From Podarcis cretensis (Eukaryota), in assembly GCA_951804945.1 (NCBI GenBank), contig OX638153.1:52142001-52206000 (forward strand): a stretch of 64,000 bases of DNA, read 5' to 3'. The first letter of the stretch is position 1. The number at the start of each line of letters is the position of its first letter. Made by a program: the position numbers and the translations under genes. The notes beneath the pieces were generated by a model. That model did not search any database, was not told the DNA's origin, and was given only the letters and a program-made list of their open reading frames with translations. Of this stretch, positions 51,967 through 64,000 are shown piece by piece.

Positions 51967-53239
51967 CTAGGGAAGAGGAAAAGGAAGCATCATGAAAGTG
52001 GGTCAGGGCAGGGGGAAAAGGGGGATTAAAAAAGAAAAGAAAAAGGAGGCAGGAAAGTCATACAAATTTCTACACCATGAGTACCACACTTTCTGCCTTT
52101 CATAACTCTACTTCCTATTCTCAAGACATGGCCTGCTGCCTTCACCTATCGTCCCCAGAGCGTCCTACTTAGTACAGTAAGCAAATGAGACTCAGCTAGA
52201 GAAGTAGGACATTTGATCTGTTTTCTTCCCCACAGTCAAAGACCGTGCAGGACTTTGTTCTCCCAAAGTCTTAAAAGGATGGAGGCTCCCACCTTGCTTT
52301 CATTTTGTACCATCATGTGTGTCGCCTCTTTTGTGCAGACACCTTCAGGTCACTCAAAAAGGTACTTTCTAAAATAAACCATTTTATATGGCTGCAGTGC
52401 CTTTCTGTTTCCAGAAGGTTCCTGTTACGAGTTTATATAAGCCACATTTGTTCTAATTTTGATTTGGATTAGTGTTTCCACATGAAACATTAAAACCTTG
52501 ATGGTAAAGGGAGGTTTGGGGGCGGGGGGCAGGGATGGAGTGCTGAGAAAATGAAACAAAACAATGAACTTATATCTGAGGAGTTGGGGGGGGGTAGTCA
52601 TCCATTTAATTAATGTACATTATTAGCCCTTAGCTATTTTAATTACTCTTTTCCTATGGATCACATTCTGTTTCTGTACAAAACAGTAAAGTTTTTCACT
52701 GTTCCAAAATACATTTAGAGAATAGAATGGCAAATTTAACTTCATTAATGACTAAGAAAAGATACTAAATCTAGAAACAAATCCTTGGATTATCAAAGAA
52801 TACTACATTTTCCAAGCACAAGTACGTAACCATATTGTATTGTACATAACAAGAGAAATATGTATGAAAGGTTACATTAATCCACATTATTCTATGTAGA
52901 AAAGGCATCCTCAGTTGCAAAGGTTTGGGCATACACAGTGCTTCTGATTTCATTTAAGTGATCAGTGGTGGTCCATAGGGTTGTATGCTCCCTCTACTTA
53001 TGCATGCAAATCCTCCCTTGATGGCCATAAGTATAGTTAAAGATTATGTTCTAAACTAAAGCTATCATGAAAGGAACCCTAGTTAGTATTAGCCCTGGTT
53101 AGAATCAGTGCACACTAATCCTTAACCATGGTTATAGCCAAAGGAAGTAGGGGATTGAATTGTGAGAGAGAAGCTAGGAAGTGAGTGATTCTTAAGCCCT
53201 TTTAGCCATCTGTGTCTCTACCCAAGTGATAGTTGTAAT

Positions 53240-53376
53240 CAGTGCTTTTTTCCGGGGGGACACATACCCCTAAACATTTTGTGAATCTAAGCTTGGCTTC
53301 ATTGGCAGTATTTCAATATGAGTAGGAAAATGAGAGTACCCCTAAACATTATTATTTTTTTAGGAAAAAAGCACTG
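53240..53376 (-). mobile_element. hAT MITE, same family as 13675-13828
   Basis: TIR CAGTGCTTTTTTCC / ggaaaaaagcactg; perfect 8-bp TSD GTTGTAAT. Confidence 0.9.
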
Positions 53377-55384
53377 GTTGTAATATATACAGCTATATGT
53401 GATAACTGTCCAAATCATGAGTGGTTTGGATTGTTTTGGTGTGGATGCAGAAGAACCAGTTTCAAATGCCTCCCAGCCATAAACAAACTCAAATTTCACA
53501 CTGAGTGTAAACTCAAGAGGGAGCTTCAGCAAGTCCTGACTCTTGATGATAATATGTGCATAAACATCTATCTTTTCAGATAAAATGAGTGTAAAGGATA
53601 AGATCCTTGAAACACTTTGTTTGGAACTATCCCAAGAGTTCTGCAAGACTGCCCAGGAATAAATAGATCATAATTTGCAGTGCTTGCATGTTCAAACTTT
53701 CTCAGGTGAGTAAAAGTTACATGGTTGGATACCTCAAGAGAACCCAGCTCTTCAAAATATAGCAAATGTAGAATTAAGAACAGAAGCATTAAAATGAAGA
53801 GGCACTGTATTCACAGCTAAAAAACGATTTTTTTAAAAGACACTCAGGGAGCTTTTAATCTCTAAATTAAATCTTCCTGTGTGACATTTTCGGGCAGACA
53901 CAGCTTTTTCTCCATTACAAAATCCAAACAGATTAACTGGGCTTTAACCATACAGTGAGCTGTTTGCACACTTGAAAGAATGTTCGCAGAAGAAAAGTAA
54001 ACAGTCTATGGACGTTAATCATATGTTTTACGATAACCATTTAGAAACCATTCCCTGTACTACCATTATTTAAATGGGTGTCAGACTATGCTGCCATGCA
54101 CTTGCAATACAGAGACGGCAGGATGGAGATCCTTTTAAACCTATGCAATATTAGCATTAAACACAATCCAAAGGAAGCCCAATTGTAGCATATGGGAATA
54201 AAAGAAACATTGATTCATTCATTCATAGACTGAGTTTGGATGCATTATCTAAATATGTTAATCACAACTACAGCAATTCTTTGACAAGCTCTAACACGTA
54301 TTCACAGTTTCAAATTTACTTTTTAATTAACTTGCAAGGATTTGGACTAACTGAAAAAAATGCCCTCTGAGGACTCTATGCAGTCTACAGAACAAAGACT
54401 GACACTATTACATCCTCTAGGGCAACAGGCTAACAAGATATATATTTTTAGTTAACAAAATAACTAAAATCTAGTCTTTAACACTAATAAATCTAAGCAG
54501 GGTTTAGAGAGTGCCATGTGTCCACAATAATCACTTTGGACTGGAGTAAAATTTTCAGAATGTAGCAGTGGGATTAAAAATTACAAGAGAGCATTCGATC
54601 CTGTGACACTGGCAGCCAAAAAGATCATTTAACATGATTATGCATTTTATTCATTGGCTAAAATCAGTAAGCCACATACATAACTCTGTAATAATCTTGA
54701 TGAAGTCAACAGAATGGTCTCAAGAATGTGGTTTTATAACTACACATAGGATTTAGATTTCATTTTTAAAAAACAGAATTGTTAAAAGCTAAGGTAAAAA
54801 AACTGATTTTATCCAGGAAAAGAGCTAAAAAAGTATTATAGAACCTTTAAATACTGTAATATAAAAAGTAGTAGGAAATGACTCTGAAATTAAGATCAAA
54901 TAAACTATTCAAAAAGCAGGACAATCTCCATTTATCCTCTTTCTAGGAAATGCTCTTTATCATGCATCTAAAATAGCACCTCCAACATCAGTTATTTGGA
55001 ACAGTGAATGCATGTATAGCATTACAGACTGCTGCACTGTCTATTAGAATTTAACAATAGGGACAACTTGTTATTTCAGTTTCTAGATTTTGATCAGTGT
55101 ATTCCATCATATGCATAGATGTTAGAAATTGAACACACTGTTGTTATTAAAATGCGATTGAGGGCCTAAATGACAGGAGACAGCATCCTGAGATCAATTA
55201 CACAGTCAATATGTTCATTTTATTTATTTTTGGGTAATCTGCAGACTGTTAGCTTTAATATACTTACTCCTAAGTGAATATTGTGTGTGTCCCCCCCCAC
55301 CCCCAAAATGATCTAACTCTATGATATTTCAGGAAGCTTCCTCCCCCCAAAGCCTAGCTCCTCATCAAACATTGTTCACCCTAC

Positions 55385-55517
55385 CTGTTTTCGGATCTAC
55401 GTCGGCTTGTAAGTGTGGAGGAGGATTCCCTGGTGTGAAGTGCTCATTGCTGTACGTAATAAGCGGCGTGAGAGGATGTACATGGTGTGGGTGCTGCACA
55501 ACTGGGACTTTGTTAGA
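55385..55517 (-). CDS. TCF7L2: TCF7L2 exon 6 (133 nt): [45 protein letters not shown]
   Basis: Acceptor ttttttcacag|TCT, donor ACAG|gtaggg; matches ORF 55365..55580. Confidence 0.97.
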
Positions 55518-57008
55518 CTGTGAAAAAAGAAAATGGAGAGTGTGAGGAAAATGCTGTGTTAAGAAAGCTACATAGCGCAAACATTAAGAAAGCAGTTTAG
55601 AAACACACACATACTCTGCTATAAAACTAGCCAGTAAGACATTTGTACACAGTAAGAGTGTCATCAAAATAGCCTCAGTCCCCCCCTCCCCATTTTCACA
55701 CAAGCTTATTAGTTCCTGCTTTTCCTAATGATCTGGTTCTCAAACTGTTTGCTAAAGATGTTGGTCAAGATAAGCTCATTGTTATTAAGGACCACCCTTT
55801 GGCTTGCAAAAGCCTGACCTGTAAAATGAAACTTCTTTAATCCCATGCACTGTATTGTCCCAGCACCCATTCCTGGTGACCTTGTAACCCATCTGTATGG
55901 TTTTCGGGACCTACAGACAGGCCACCCACCAATTGGGAGGGGGGGCTGCCCTTATGGCACAGAAAGTAGTATATTGTGTTTGTTTGTTTTACTGTGCTTA
56001 GACAAAGGCAGGATGCATTGTGGTCTTGTAAGGAGCTTTAGCATCCTGAAATAAGGAAGCCTAATGGAGCAATTGATTGTTGATTGTTATCGGGTATAGG
56101 AGTTAAAAGGATCACTTTCACCAATATGTACCTGCTAATAATGCAACGTTCAAACTGCTGAGACACCGCTCTCACCCACAGTCAGATGTGTGCATGCTGC
56201 AGAGTTCATTCCAGGACACACAGATCTAGCCAAAAGTGAGACCCATGTGTCGGCAGTTCAAAAGTTATATTAGTGGGCATGCAGAAGCCAGAGCCAATTG
56301 TGCATCTGCTACACCCTGTAATAAGTTGCCATTCCCATTGGACCCTGTGTGTTCTAAAATAAAGGGCAAATCTTTACAAGGTGGAGGCCTGGCAAATCAA
56401 ATTTCACCCCCAATTTTCCCTTCATGGCTTTTGAGAACAGGCAGTTCTATTATTTCCTTACGGAGAAACTATTTACATCCTTTTCTTTCATCAGAAGGAC
56501 CAACTTCTGTTTTGCTTTGTTTAAAACTCTTTCCATATGAACCGGAGAACGGGACAAATTGTTTTGCAGTATTTAGACCATTAAATAGAAAAGAACAACT
56601 GGTCACTGCTCTGTAGTAAAAGAGATTGAGACTACAATCCTCTACACATTTTCTTGAGGGTAAGACCCTTTGAATTCAGTGGAGCTTACTTTTGAATAGC
56701 TATGTATAAAACTGTGCGGCAATGTTCAGTTCGAAGTACACTAATAAACAGCTTCTTAACAATGAATGTAAGTACACTAAGTTTTAGGGAGAAAAATGGC
56801 ATGGTTATAAACAGATGCTTAAAGACATGAGGGCACATTTTTTTCTCTTATGATTCCAAGACAATGTAAAGCTATTATTTATTTTTAAAAATAACACAAA
56901 CAGAATGCAACAATATATATTTTTTAAAGTGATACAGTCTGTATGATACTGTGTTCACAAGATCACCAAGGAAAAATTAAGATGAAACAAGCAAAGCAAA
57001 GAACCATT

Positions 57009-57140
57009 NNNNNNNNNNNNNNNNNNNNNNNNNNNNNNNNNNNNNNNNNNNNNNNNNNNNNNNNNNNNNNNNNNNNNNNNNNNNNNNNNNNNNNNNNNNN
57101 NNNNNNNNNNNNNNNNNNNNNNNNNNNNNNNNNNNNNNNT
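57009..57140. other. Assembly gap (N run)
   Basis: Direct read. Confidence 1.
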
Positions 57141-58289
57141 TACAATAAAATCCTACAACAGGGACATTTAACCAGATTAGGTAGCAGCAAAGATAAAGAG
57201 GCTAGTATTAGATGACAAATGGATTAGAGTCAACTTTCATTTTCAAATGTGTCTTCATTTTCTTTTATTACTTTAAGTAAGGAACAATTTGCATTAACAT
57301 CAAGTAAAAGGAATTACATTAAAAGACCGAGGGACAGTGCAGTGGTGCTCTCGAGCGCCACCTCAGTCCAGCACCTGCCAGTCTTTGCTATTATCCTCAG
57401 ACTAGATTAGCAACATCCATTGTCAAAAGGGGGTGGATGTTTTCAATGGAGACCATGAAACCTAGAATGTGTTCATTAAAAAACAATACGTATGTGTTTT
57501 GTTGATCTGTTCAAAGCACTTTTCAAAATACTGTATCATTCCTGTTTGTTTTTGCAGTAAGATTAACAAAAACTTTGAACGGGTTAAAATTAAGTTAAAA
57601 CTTCAGCACAGCTATGGAGTGAGTGAGGTCTGCTTAATGCTACAGGAGTTACTACTGAAAACAAAGAATCTATCTGGAAAGCTGCAATCCTAGGCACACT
57701 TAGTAGGGACTGAGTTCCAATGACCACAGGGAGACTTGCTTCTCAGTAAACATTCAGAGGAACACACCATGCATTCATGGGAAAGTCATGCTTTCTTGGC
57801 CTGATTTTCCCACCTGTACAATGGGAATAAACACAACTTAACTCACTATTTTATGAAGAATAATTCAACAAGGACCGTGCATTTACTGCCTATTGTTCTT
57901 ATTTGTTGTTTTATGCTAACTCGTTTTTAGAAGAATTTTATTATTATAAGGCTTTTATTTCGCAAGCTATTTCAGAAGCACAAATGAATGTCTAAAAAGT
58001 GGTATTTGAACGAAGCAAATGGGTAGGTATGTGTAGAAGGGTTTCTAACAGACTACAAGGTGTGGTGGTTCGCCCATCTTGTTCTGTGTGGAATTGTTCT
58101 AAATGGGTGATGCAGTCAAGCATTTTAGTATCTTTCATCCTTCCGTGAATGCATCTTGCATTTTTATATCTGCAAACTGTAAACTGTGACCTAATTAAAA
58201 AGAATGCACACACCAAAATGTTAGAGGAAAGTCACACTAGAGAAGAAAATCCTTTGGGATTCATTCTATCTCTTCAACTAGCTTTGTTG

Positions 58290-58291
<2 letters not shown>

Positions 58292-58328
<37 letters not shown>
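58292..58328. repeat. (CA)n microsatellite
   Basis: Direct read. Confidence 0.95.
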
Positions 58329-58329
<1 letters not shown>

Positions 58330-61300
58330 TGCTTCCACACTTCCTTTCCCTCTGTTTTCAGACAAATTGCATGCTTGCAGTTTTTACAGTGTAAGTATGT
58401 CAGAGTGTACTCAGTCATGTAGCTTTTAAACTCCTCAATGAACCATCAGTCAAATGAATCACATGGATTCTATGTAGAATTCTCAGATTCCATGTACTGT
58501 ACTGCAGAGTCCAGTTCACTGATCACACCTCCATGGCTTCCATGAGAAGCCATGGCATATAATCTGGTACGACCAGCCAAAATATATGACATGGAACATC
58601 TTTTCACTTTGTGTGTATAGTTTGGACCACAACATACTAAGCCAGATGTGACAAACCTATGAAAACTTTGGGAATGATTGACACATTTTATTAATAACAT
58701 GCACTGCCTTAACAGCATCCATGGTCTACATGCCTGCTTTGGCATTAGAACTGCTCGGATACAGAAGTAAAATTATAATGCCAGCTTCCAGTGTTCCAAA
58801 GTTCATGAAATGTTACATACGACATGGTAAAACGCAAGAGCAGCTGATGGGGAGGGCAGCCTGTGGACCTGGCATCCTGATACTGGTGTCACTGAACTTA
58901 CCAGGCCAGGGCAGGAGCAGGGCATGGCAGCAGTGAGTTTGGGATGGTGACAGAGCACCAGTGGAACCCTCCCACCAGAGCACCCCCACCTCGCCCCTCT
59001 AAGTGGCAGTAACACCAGTGGCAGGAGGTCAAGTCTGCAATACTGCCTGTCCCTCCCAGCCATGAGGAGAGAATGTACAATTCCCAAAGAAAGAGTTTAG
59101 AGAATAATTTGGTAAATCTTTACCTGGGAAAATCTCTTTTATTCAAATAGTTACCCAGAAGCTAATGTTCTTATGAGTGAGCACTTAGCTCCAATCCTCA
59201 CTCTTCCTATAAATGTTTAGCATGAGCGATGCTGACTTTTCTTCACCACATCAAGAAATTTATGCTAGAATTCAAGTCTGAGGCACCTTCATAGCAGGTC
59301 TTCTGAGTTATCATCAGACTTGTAATAACTGCTTTGTGAAGGAGGGAAGCCTTTGTTTTCCTATTTCACTCCTGCTATTCTGAGTCCTGCCATGCCACGT
59401 TCAATGCCTGGAACAGCCTCAACTGGTTATTAGGGGAGTTTATTCCTGAAGGTTCTGTAGGTTACTCCCTTGTCACATCAAACACTCATTTGCCCTTCAC
59501 ATACTGTCAAGCCTTCCTTTCCTGCTTTGTCCACCAGGTCTGATACCAGTGATCAGATCTCTGAATAAGCGTTCGGCACGCTGTTGGTTTTAAAGCAGAA
59601 GTGAAGCAGAACAACGGCATGGTGGTGGTGGTGGTTGAATTTGCAAATTTGTACAGAAGGCAGTTTACACAAAACTGACACAGTACAAAATAAGATTTAA
59701 AAAGCAACCTAAAAACAAAATGCACTAACAAACAAACCCAACAGCAGTTAAAAGCAGCAGTTTAAAAAAGCAGGTCACACAACAGAAGACTGGGAGTCAT
59801 GAATCTGTAGTCTCTTCCACTCCAGTTTCTCCTACCAACACTCGGTTCAAAACTAGGGTCTGGAGCTGTTTCCACAGTTAAGAGGGAAACGCACCACCAG
59901 TAAGTGGGCTGATACATAGTGCTGACCACACATGGTTAAAACTAATCTATGTCGATCTATCTATATATGCATATTTCTATAGAAATGAAGCTCTCCCTTT
60001 GTTTGGCGGCCACAATTTAGTTTTGTTGCGGATAGAAGAGTAAGGTGAAGACAATCACTGAAGAAGGAAGCATTGGGAGAGGAAAGCTATGCTCGGTTTA
60101 AAGATATCCAATAATTTGCAAGAGGAAGGTACAAACAATTCTGGAAGCACTTCTGGTTGTGTAACACACAAGGTTGGCTTTAAAAGTAGGATTATGGAAT
60201 TATATTAAATAAGCTTTCGCTGGGGGGGGGGGAGTAGAGGCACAGGGGGAGACTATTAGCAATGTGAGTGATGAGAAGAAGATTAATCCTGCATTTGCTT
60301 CTCTCTTTGAAGTATACAGGGGGTTTGCCTGACTAAAAAGAGCAGTCTCTAGCACTATCCAATGGCTATAAAAGGTAAGTCACAGAAATTAGATAAAAAG
60401 CACTATTAGATCATCTTAGCCCATCCCGTCTTCCAGATACTGTATGTGATTGTCCTCTGGAGTATATTTTCCTCTTACTTTGTTCATGCTTATTTTATAA
60501 TAAAAGCTAATAGCTATTCTGAGAAAATTGAAGTTCTTTGGAAACAGCATCTCTTTTTTATGCCATTAATGGCTATCACAGCAGTTCTTATTTTTTAAGT
60601 TAGTTATCCTAGTAGACGGAATTTAGAATAAATGCAAACGTAAATATAAAATGAGAGAATAAGGAAGTAAGGCACTCCTTTTGTTTTAAACTTGCTAATT
60701 AATGTTCTGGACTGAAAAGGCAAATCAAAATACAAACAACAGGAAAAGTTTGTTTCCCCCCCTTGATTGCCTATGCCTGAAGCAAAGCAAATTAAATTGC
60801 ACTCATGGAATCAACAATGAAGTTACCAAACAGGAATTAGGGATGGTTTAGCACATGTATAAACAAAGATAACATAAACCATAGAGCTGAGTTTCCCATT
60901 AGAAATGTAAGCTGAACTGTGGTTGAAAGAACAGCTGTGTTGTGAGTAAATTCCTATACATTTCCCTCAATGCATGAGGTGGAGAAAAACCAGTGCATTA
61001 CACACGCAGGGATACTGCTAGTAAAATTAAAGGTAATTGCACACAACAGCAATAATTACATATACAGCCCAATGCACTACCTTCTTATATGCCAAATGCT
61101 CAAGGGTACAGAAAGCTTTCAATAGGAACAAATCAGATCCATGCCATAGTTCATGAAGGTCACAACCCTGGGAAAGAACCGCTCACCTTCCAAGCATACT
61201 TAAAGCATAAACTTCTGTTAGCTTGCACAGCATGTTCTGTTAGCATCCTCCTGTCTACACTGTTCACATTTTGGATTGTGGTAAATTTAATATTGAATAG

Positions 61301-64000
61301 GCACTTTGCCCCAGACCTCTATGGCTCTAATTCTTCCTCTAGGATTCATATTCTAAAAGAAATGGAATCTCGCAACTCACCTCTAAACCTATGAATCACC
61401 ACCACATATTGAAAACAAATGGAACTATAGCTCTACCTGCCTTTCCCTCCCCATCAATATTCCCTTAGTGCTTTATTTTTCTACACAATAAAAACTGGAC
61501 TTGTAACTTAAAACTGCCTTTAAAAGCCTAATACACTAAAGCAAAAGAGAAGTAGTTTTGTAGGCCTTTTCTGTTAATCTTTGAGAGATTGCATTAAAGC
61601 ACAGTCATCTTGGATTACTAAGCCCTTCCAAGGACAGCTCTGTGCACCAGCAAATTGTGCCATTCACAACACATTTACATTTAACAACTGGTATTCTATA
61701 CTCTTTCCAGATGCTCTTATTAAAACTCTGCACCATACTTATGGCAGTCGGTAAAATATTATTATGAGGTAACACGCTTACGACTAGAAAGATTCACTAA
61801 TTTTTATTCTCAAGACTGAAATGCATAAATTTAATCTCATTTATCTTCACTAACCAATGAACATTTTAAAGCTTTCTTTAGAAGTTTCTGGACTTTACAA
61901 ATCTAGAAAAAGCAACGTGCCTGTAGCCAGTTTATTATTCTACAACATCAGCCACACTGAACATGGATTTCTCTCTTGTTTTGGCACACCATAAGTAACT
62001 AATTTCACAGGAGAAGCGCCCGAGTTTTGCGCTATTTCTAAATTTTATTTTTACCAACCTGTCTCCTATAACCTGGTTGGTCCTTGCAGTCATAATTGGT
62101 ACCTAATGCCATATTTACAACAGAAATGTGTGTCTTTAATGTGCATTATTAATTCGAACAAAATAAGATTGTAAACCTTTTGAAACATGGAGCAGTATAT
62201 AAATTACCTAAATAAACAAATACAACAGAATAAGAAAACAAAAACATCACATTTTAGAGAATTCTGACACATTTAAAAGACAATGAATACAAACAAACTC
62301 TTCATCTTTCCCCCTTCCAAGTGCTGGACATGTTATTGTGCGGAATGAGACCATTCTGTTTATCTACGCAACATGCACTTTATTGAAATAAAGAATGCTT
62401 TCACACCTGACTAAGCATTTTCTTCAGAAATCTACTTCTCCTTAGCCTATTATTGTTGATACAGTACTCTGAACCCTTTCAAAGTTTAGTGTAGCTCATT
62501 TCTACCTAAGGTCTTGCCCTGTGCTCGCTCCCTATTGTAACTGAAGACAAGGCCTCCATTGATAACCATGGCTCCCTACACTAAAAAAGGGCTCATTTTC
62601 TTCCTTCACACAAATGACAACAGAAGCGCTGACAACCATGTGCTGAGACAATACTCCCCTAGCTTGAGTCTGACAAAAAGCAAACCACACACACACACAC
62701 ACACACACACTCTCAAGGAGTGGCGTAGGCACAGCATATTTCTACTTCCCTTCTGTTTTTCTCTTAGCAGCTATTTCCTGGTTAGAGGACTGCTCCTATC
62801 AATAAGGGCCTACCTTCCAGTCCCCGTAATTCAGTAAATTGTTTAAATAAAACAATGCTGGCTTCTTGCTCTAAAATATGGGACAGCTAATTTAAACAAA
62901 GTATGGGGGCAATGTTCACTGATATCCCATGTCCCCTGTCTCACTTCTACATGACACTTTTATACACTCTTTCTTATAGAAAGATTGCAAGACATACCCA
63001 CGTAATTTAATAACAAAGACACATTAAGGATACAATCCTAAGAATACCTACCAGGAAACAAGTTCCAACAAACTCAGGGCGACTTGCTTCCAAGTAAACA
63101 TGGCTAGGATCGGTCTGTAACTGAAATCATTAGGATTTTACCACTTGCTTAGGAGAAAGAAAACTATACATAGTACCTCAAACAATAAGATTAAAACAAA
63201 TGCATTTTTTTAAAAAAAAGATTGCTGTTATTTTAATGCTACTTTTGATGGACAGAAAACCAACCGTGTTTCATAATAGCATGTGACATAGCCCAGAATG
63301 TACAGGTAATAAATGTGATAATATACATGAAATATTCTTTTACAGGGAGGTTTTATTTTATTTTATTTTATTTTATTTTGGGGTGAGATCTAAATACTCC
63401 GGCAAGAAGATTTTGGGAACAATCAATATCATGTCAGTCAGTGTTAGCTTTTAAAAGTTCTGCCAAAAAACCTACAAGTTAATACATTAAACATGGTTTT
63501 TTCCTAATTCATGCTAATTTCTTTATGTAGTGACAACAATGCTTAGTTTTTTATTACTTGAAACAATTTAGCAGCCTGTTAAATAACTAGCCATTTAAAA
63601 ATTGTGGCCTGCGTAATTCCAGGTTAGTTTTACCAGCATTATAAAAGGATTAAAGATTGAAACCCACAGGTGTATGCCTAATACAAGAAGTTGTGATGGA
63701 AAAACGGACAGCCATCACAATCTGCCCCCTCCCCACCTGCCTAGTTCTTGATGGAAACTTTGGAACAAGCACTAATTTCATTCTATGTTATATTTAAACT
63801 CATCTACATAATTTGTTTTAGGTTGTTATACACTGAGATATAATACGGATAAAGATCAAGAGCCCAGTGACATGATTTTTCTCCAAAGTGATGCTCGGAA
63901 GTACATGCATCAACCTCTTCTAAAACAGAGAAACAAATGAAACCAATCACAAAACAAATAACAATACACACACGCAAAAAAAGCATATAACTGTGCTTTG

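Larger units (their letters stand above)
56628..63120. repeat. Three dispersed copies of an ancient ~90-bp hairpin repeat (about 56628-56718, 57680-57765, 63028-63118; another near 36440-36500)
   Basis: Shared pattern caatcct..cac/tac.....agttcc/agaccc....gacttgct/gcttact...; family not identified. Confidence 0.5.
19520..64000 (-). other. TCF7L2: TCF7L2 gene, 3' portion (end of intron 5 to the 3' end); the 5' exons lie beyond the window
   Basis: Twelve exons with GT-AG boundaries and compatible phases translate to recognisable TCF7L2 segments: [13 protein letters not shown] box, CRARF C-clamp, PLSLVTKSLE terminus. Confidence 0.98.

Noticed and set aside
23468-52800. Scattered CTTTGAT/ATCAAAG TCF sites (e.g. 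23468, 28700, ~47686) as autoregulatory elements
   Set aside because: The number is compatible with chance in AT-rich DNA and they are not clustered.
57350-57372. CTCF-like motif gagcgccacctcagtcc
   Set aside because: Only half of the core matches; the other half deviates at several key positions.
58896-59080. Strong donor CTG|GTAAGT after a GC-rich stretch in intron 5, a possible alternative first exon of a dominant-negative isoform
   Set aside because: No promoter evidence in the sequence; a lone donor match is expected by chance.

Overview
Eukaryotic genomic DNA from a squamate reptile, most likely a lacertid lizard (inferred from the Sauria-SINE, CORE-SINE, BovB and MITE content). The window holds the 3' part of TCF7L2 (TCF4, Wnt effector) on the minus strand. 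I mapped exons 6-17 (human 17-exon numbering) by hand from GT-AG boundaries and translation. They include the LVPQ and SFLSS alternative splice sites, the HMG box (exons 10-11), the basic tail (exon 12), cassette exons 13-16, the dual-frame last exon and a ~1.8 kb 3'UTR with two AATAAA signals. Positions ~1-19500 are downstream intergenic DNA rich in transposon relics. Three assembly gaps are present. The most interesting unexplained signals are: (i) a candidate extra exon between exons 16 and 17 with a ~150-nt AG-free zone and its own AATAAA; (ii) a minimal hammerhead ribozyme in the pre-mRNA sense ~200 nt downstream of exon 10; (iii) a perfect 12-nt duplication of the exon 11 donor that could add VGGY after the HMG box; (iv) a 25-nt exon 16 that stops in both entry frames; (v) a candidate 16-nt microexon between exons 14 and 15; (vi) a tailless U6 retrocopy and a TTAGGG-bearing hAT MITE. 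Comparisons to human sequence and repeat family names are from memory, not database searches.
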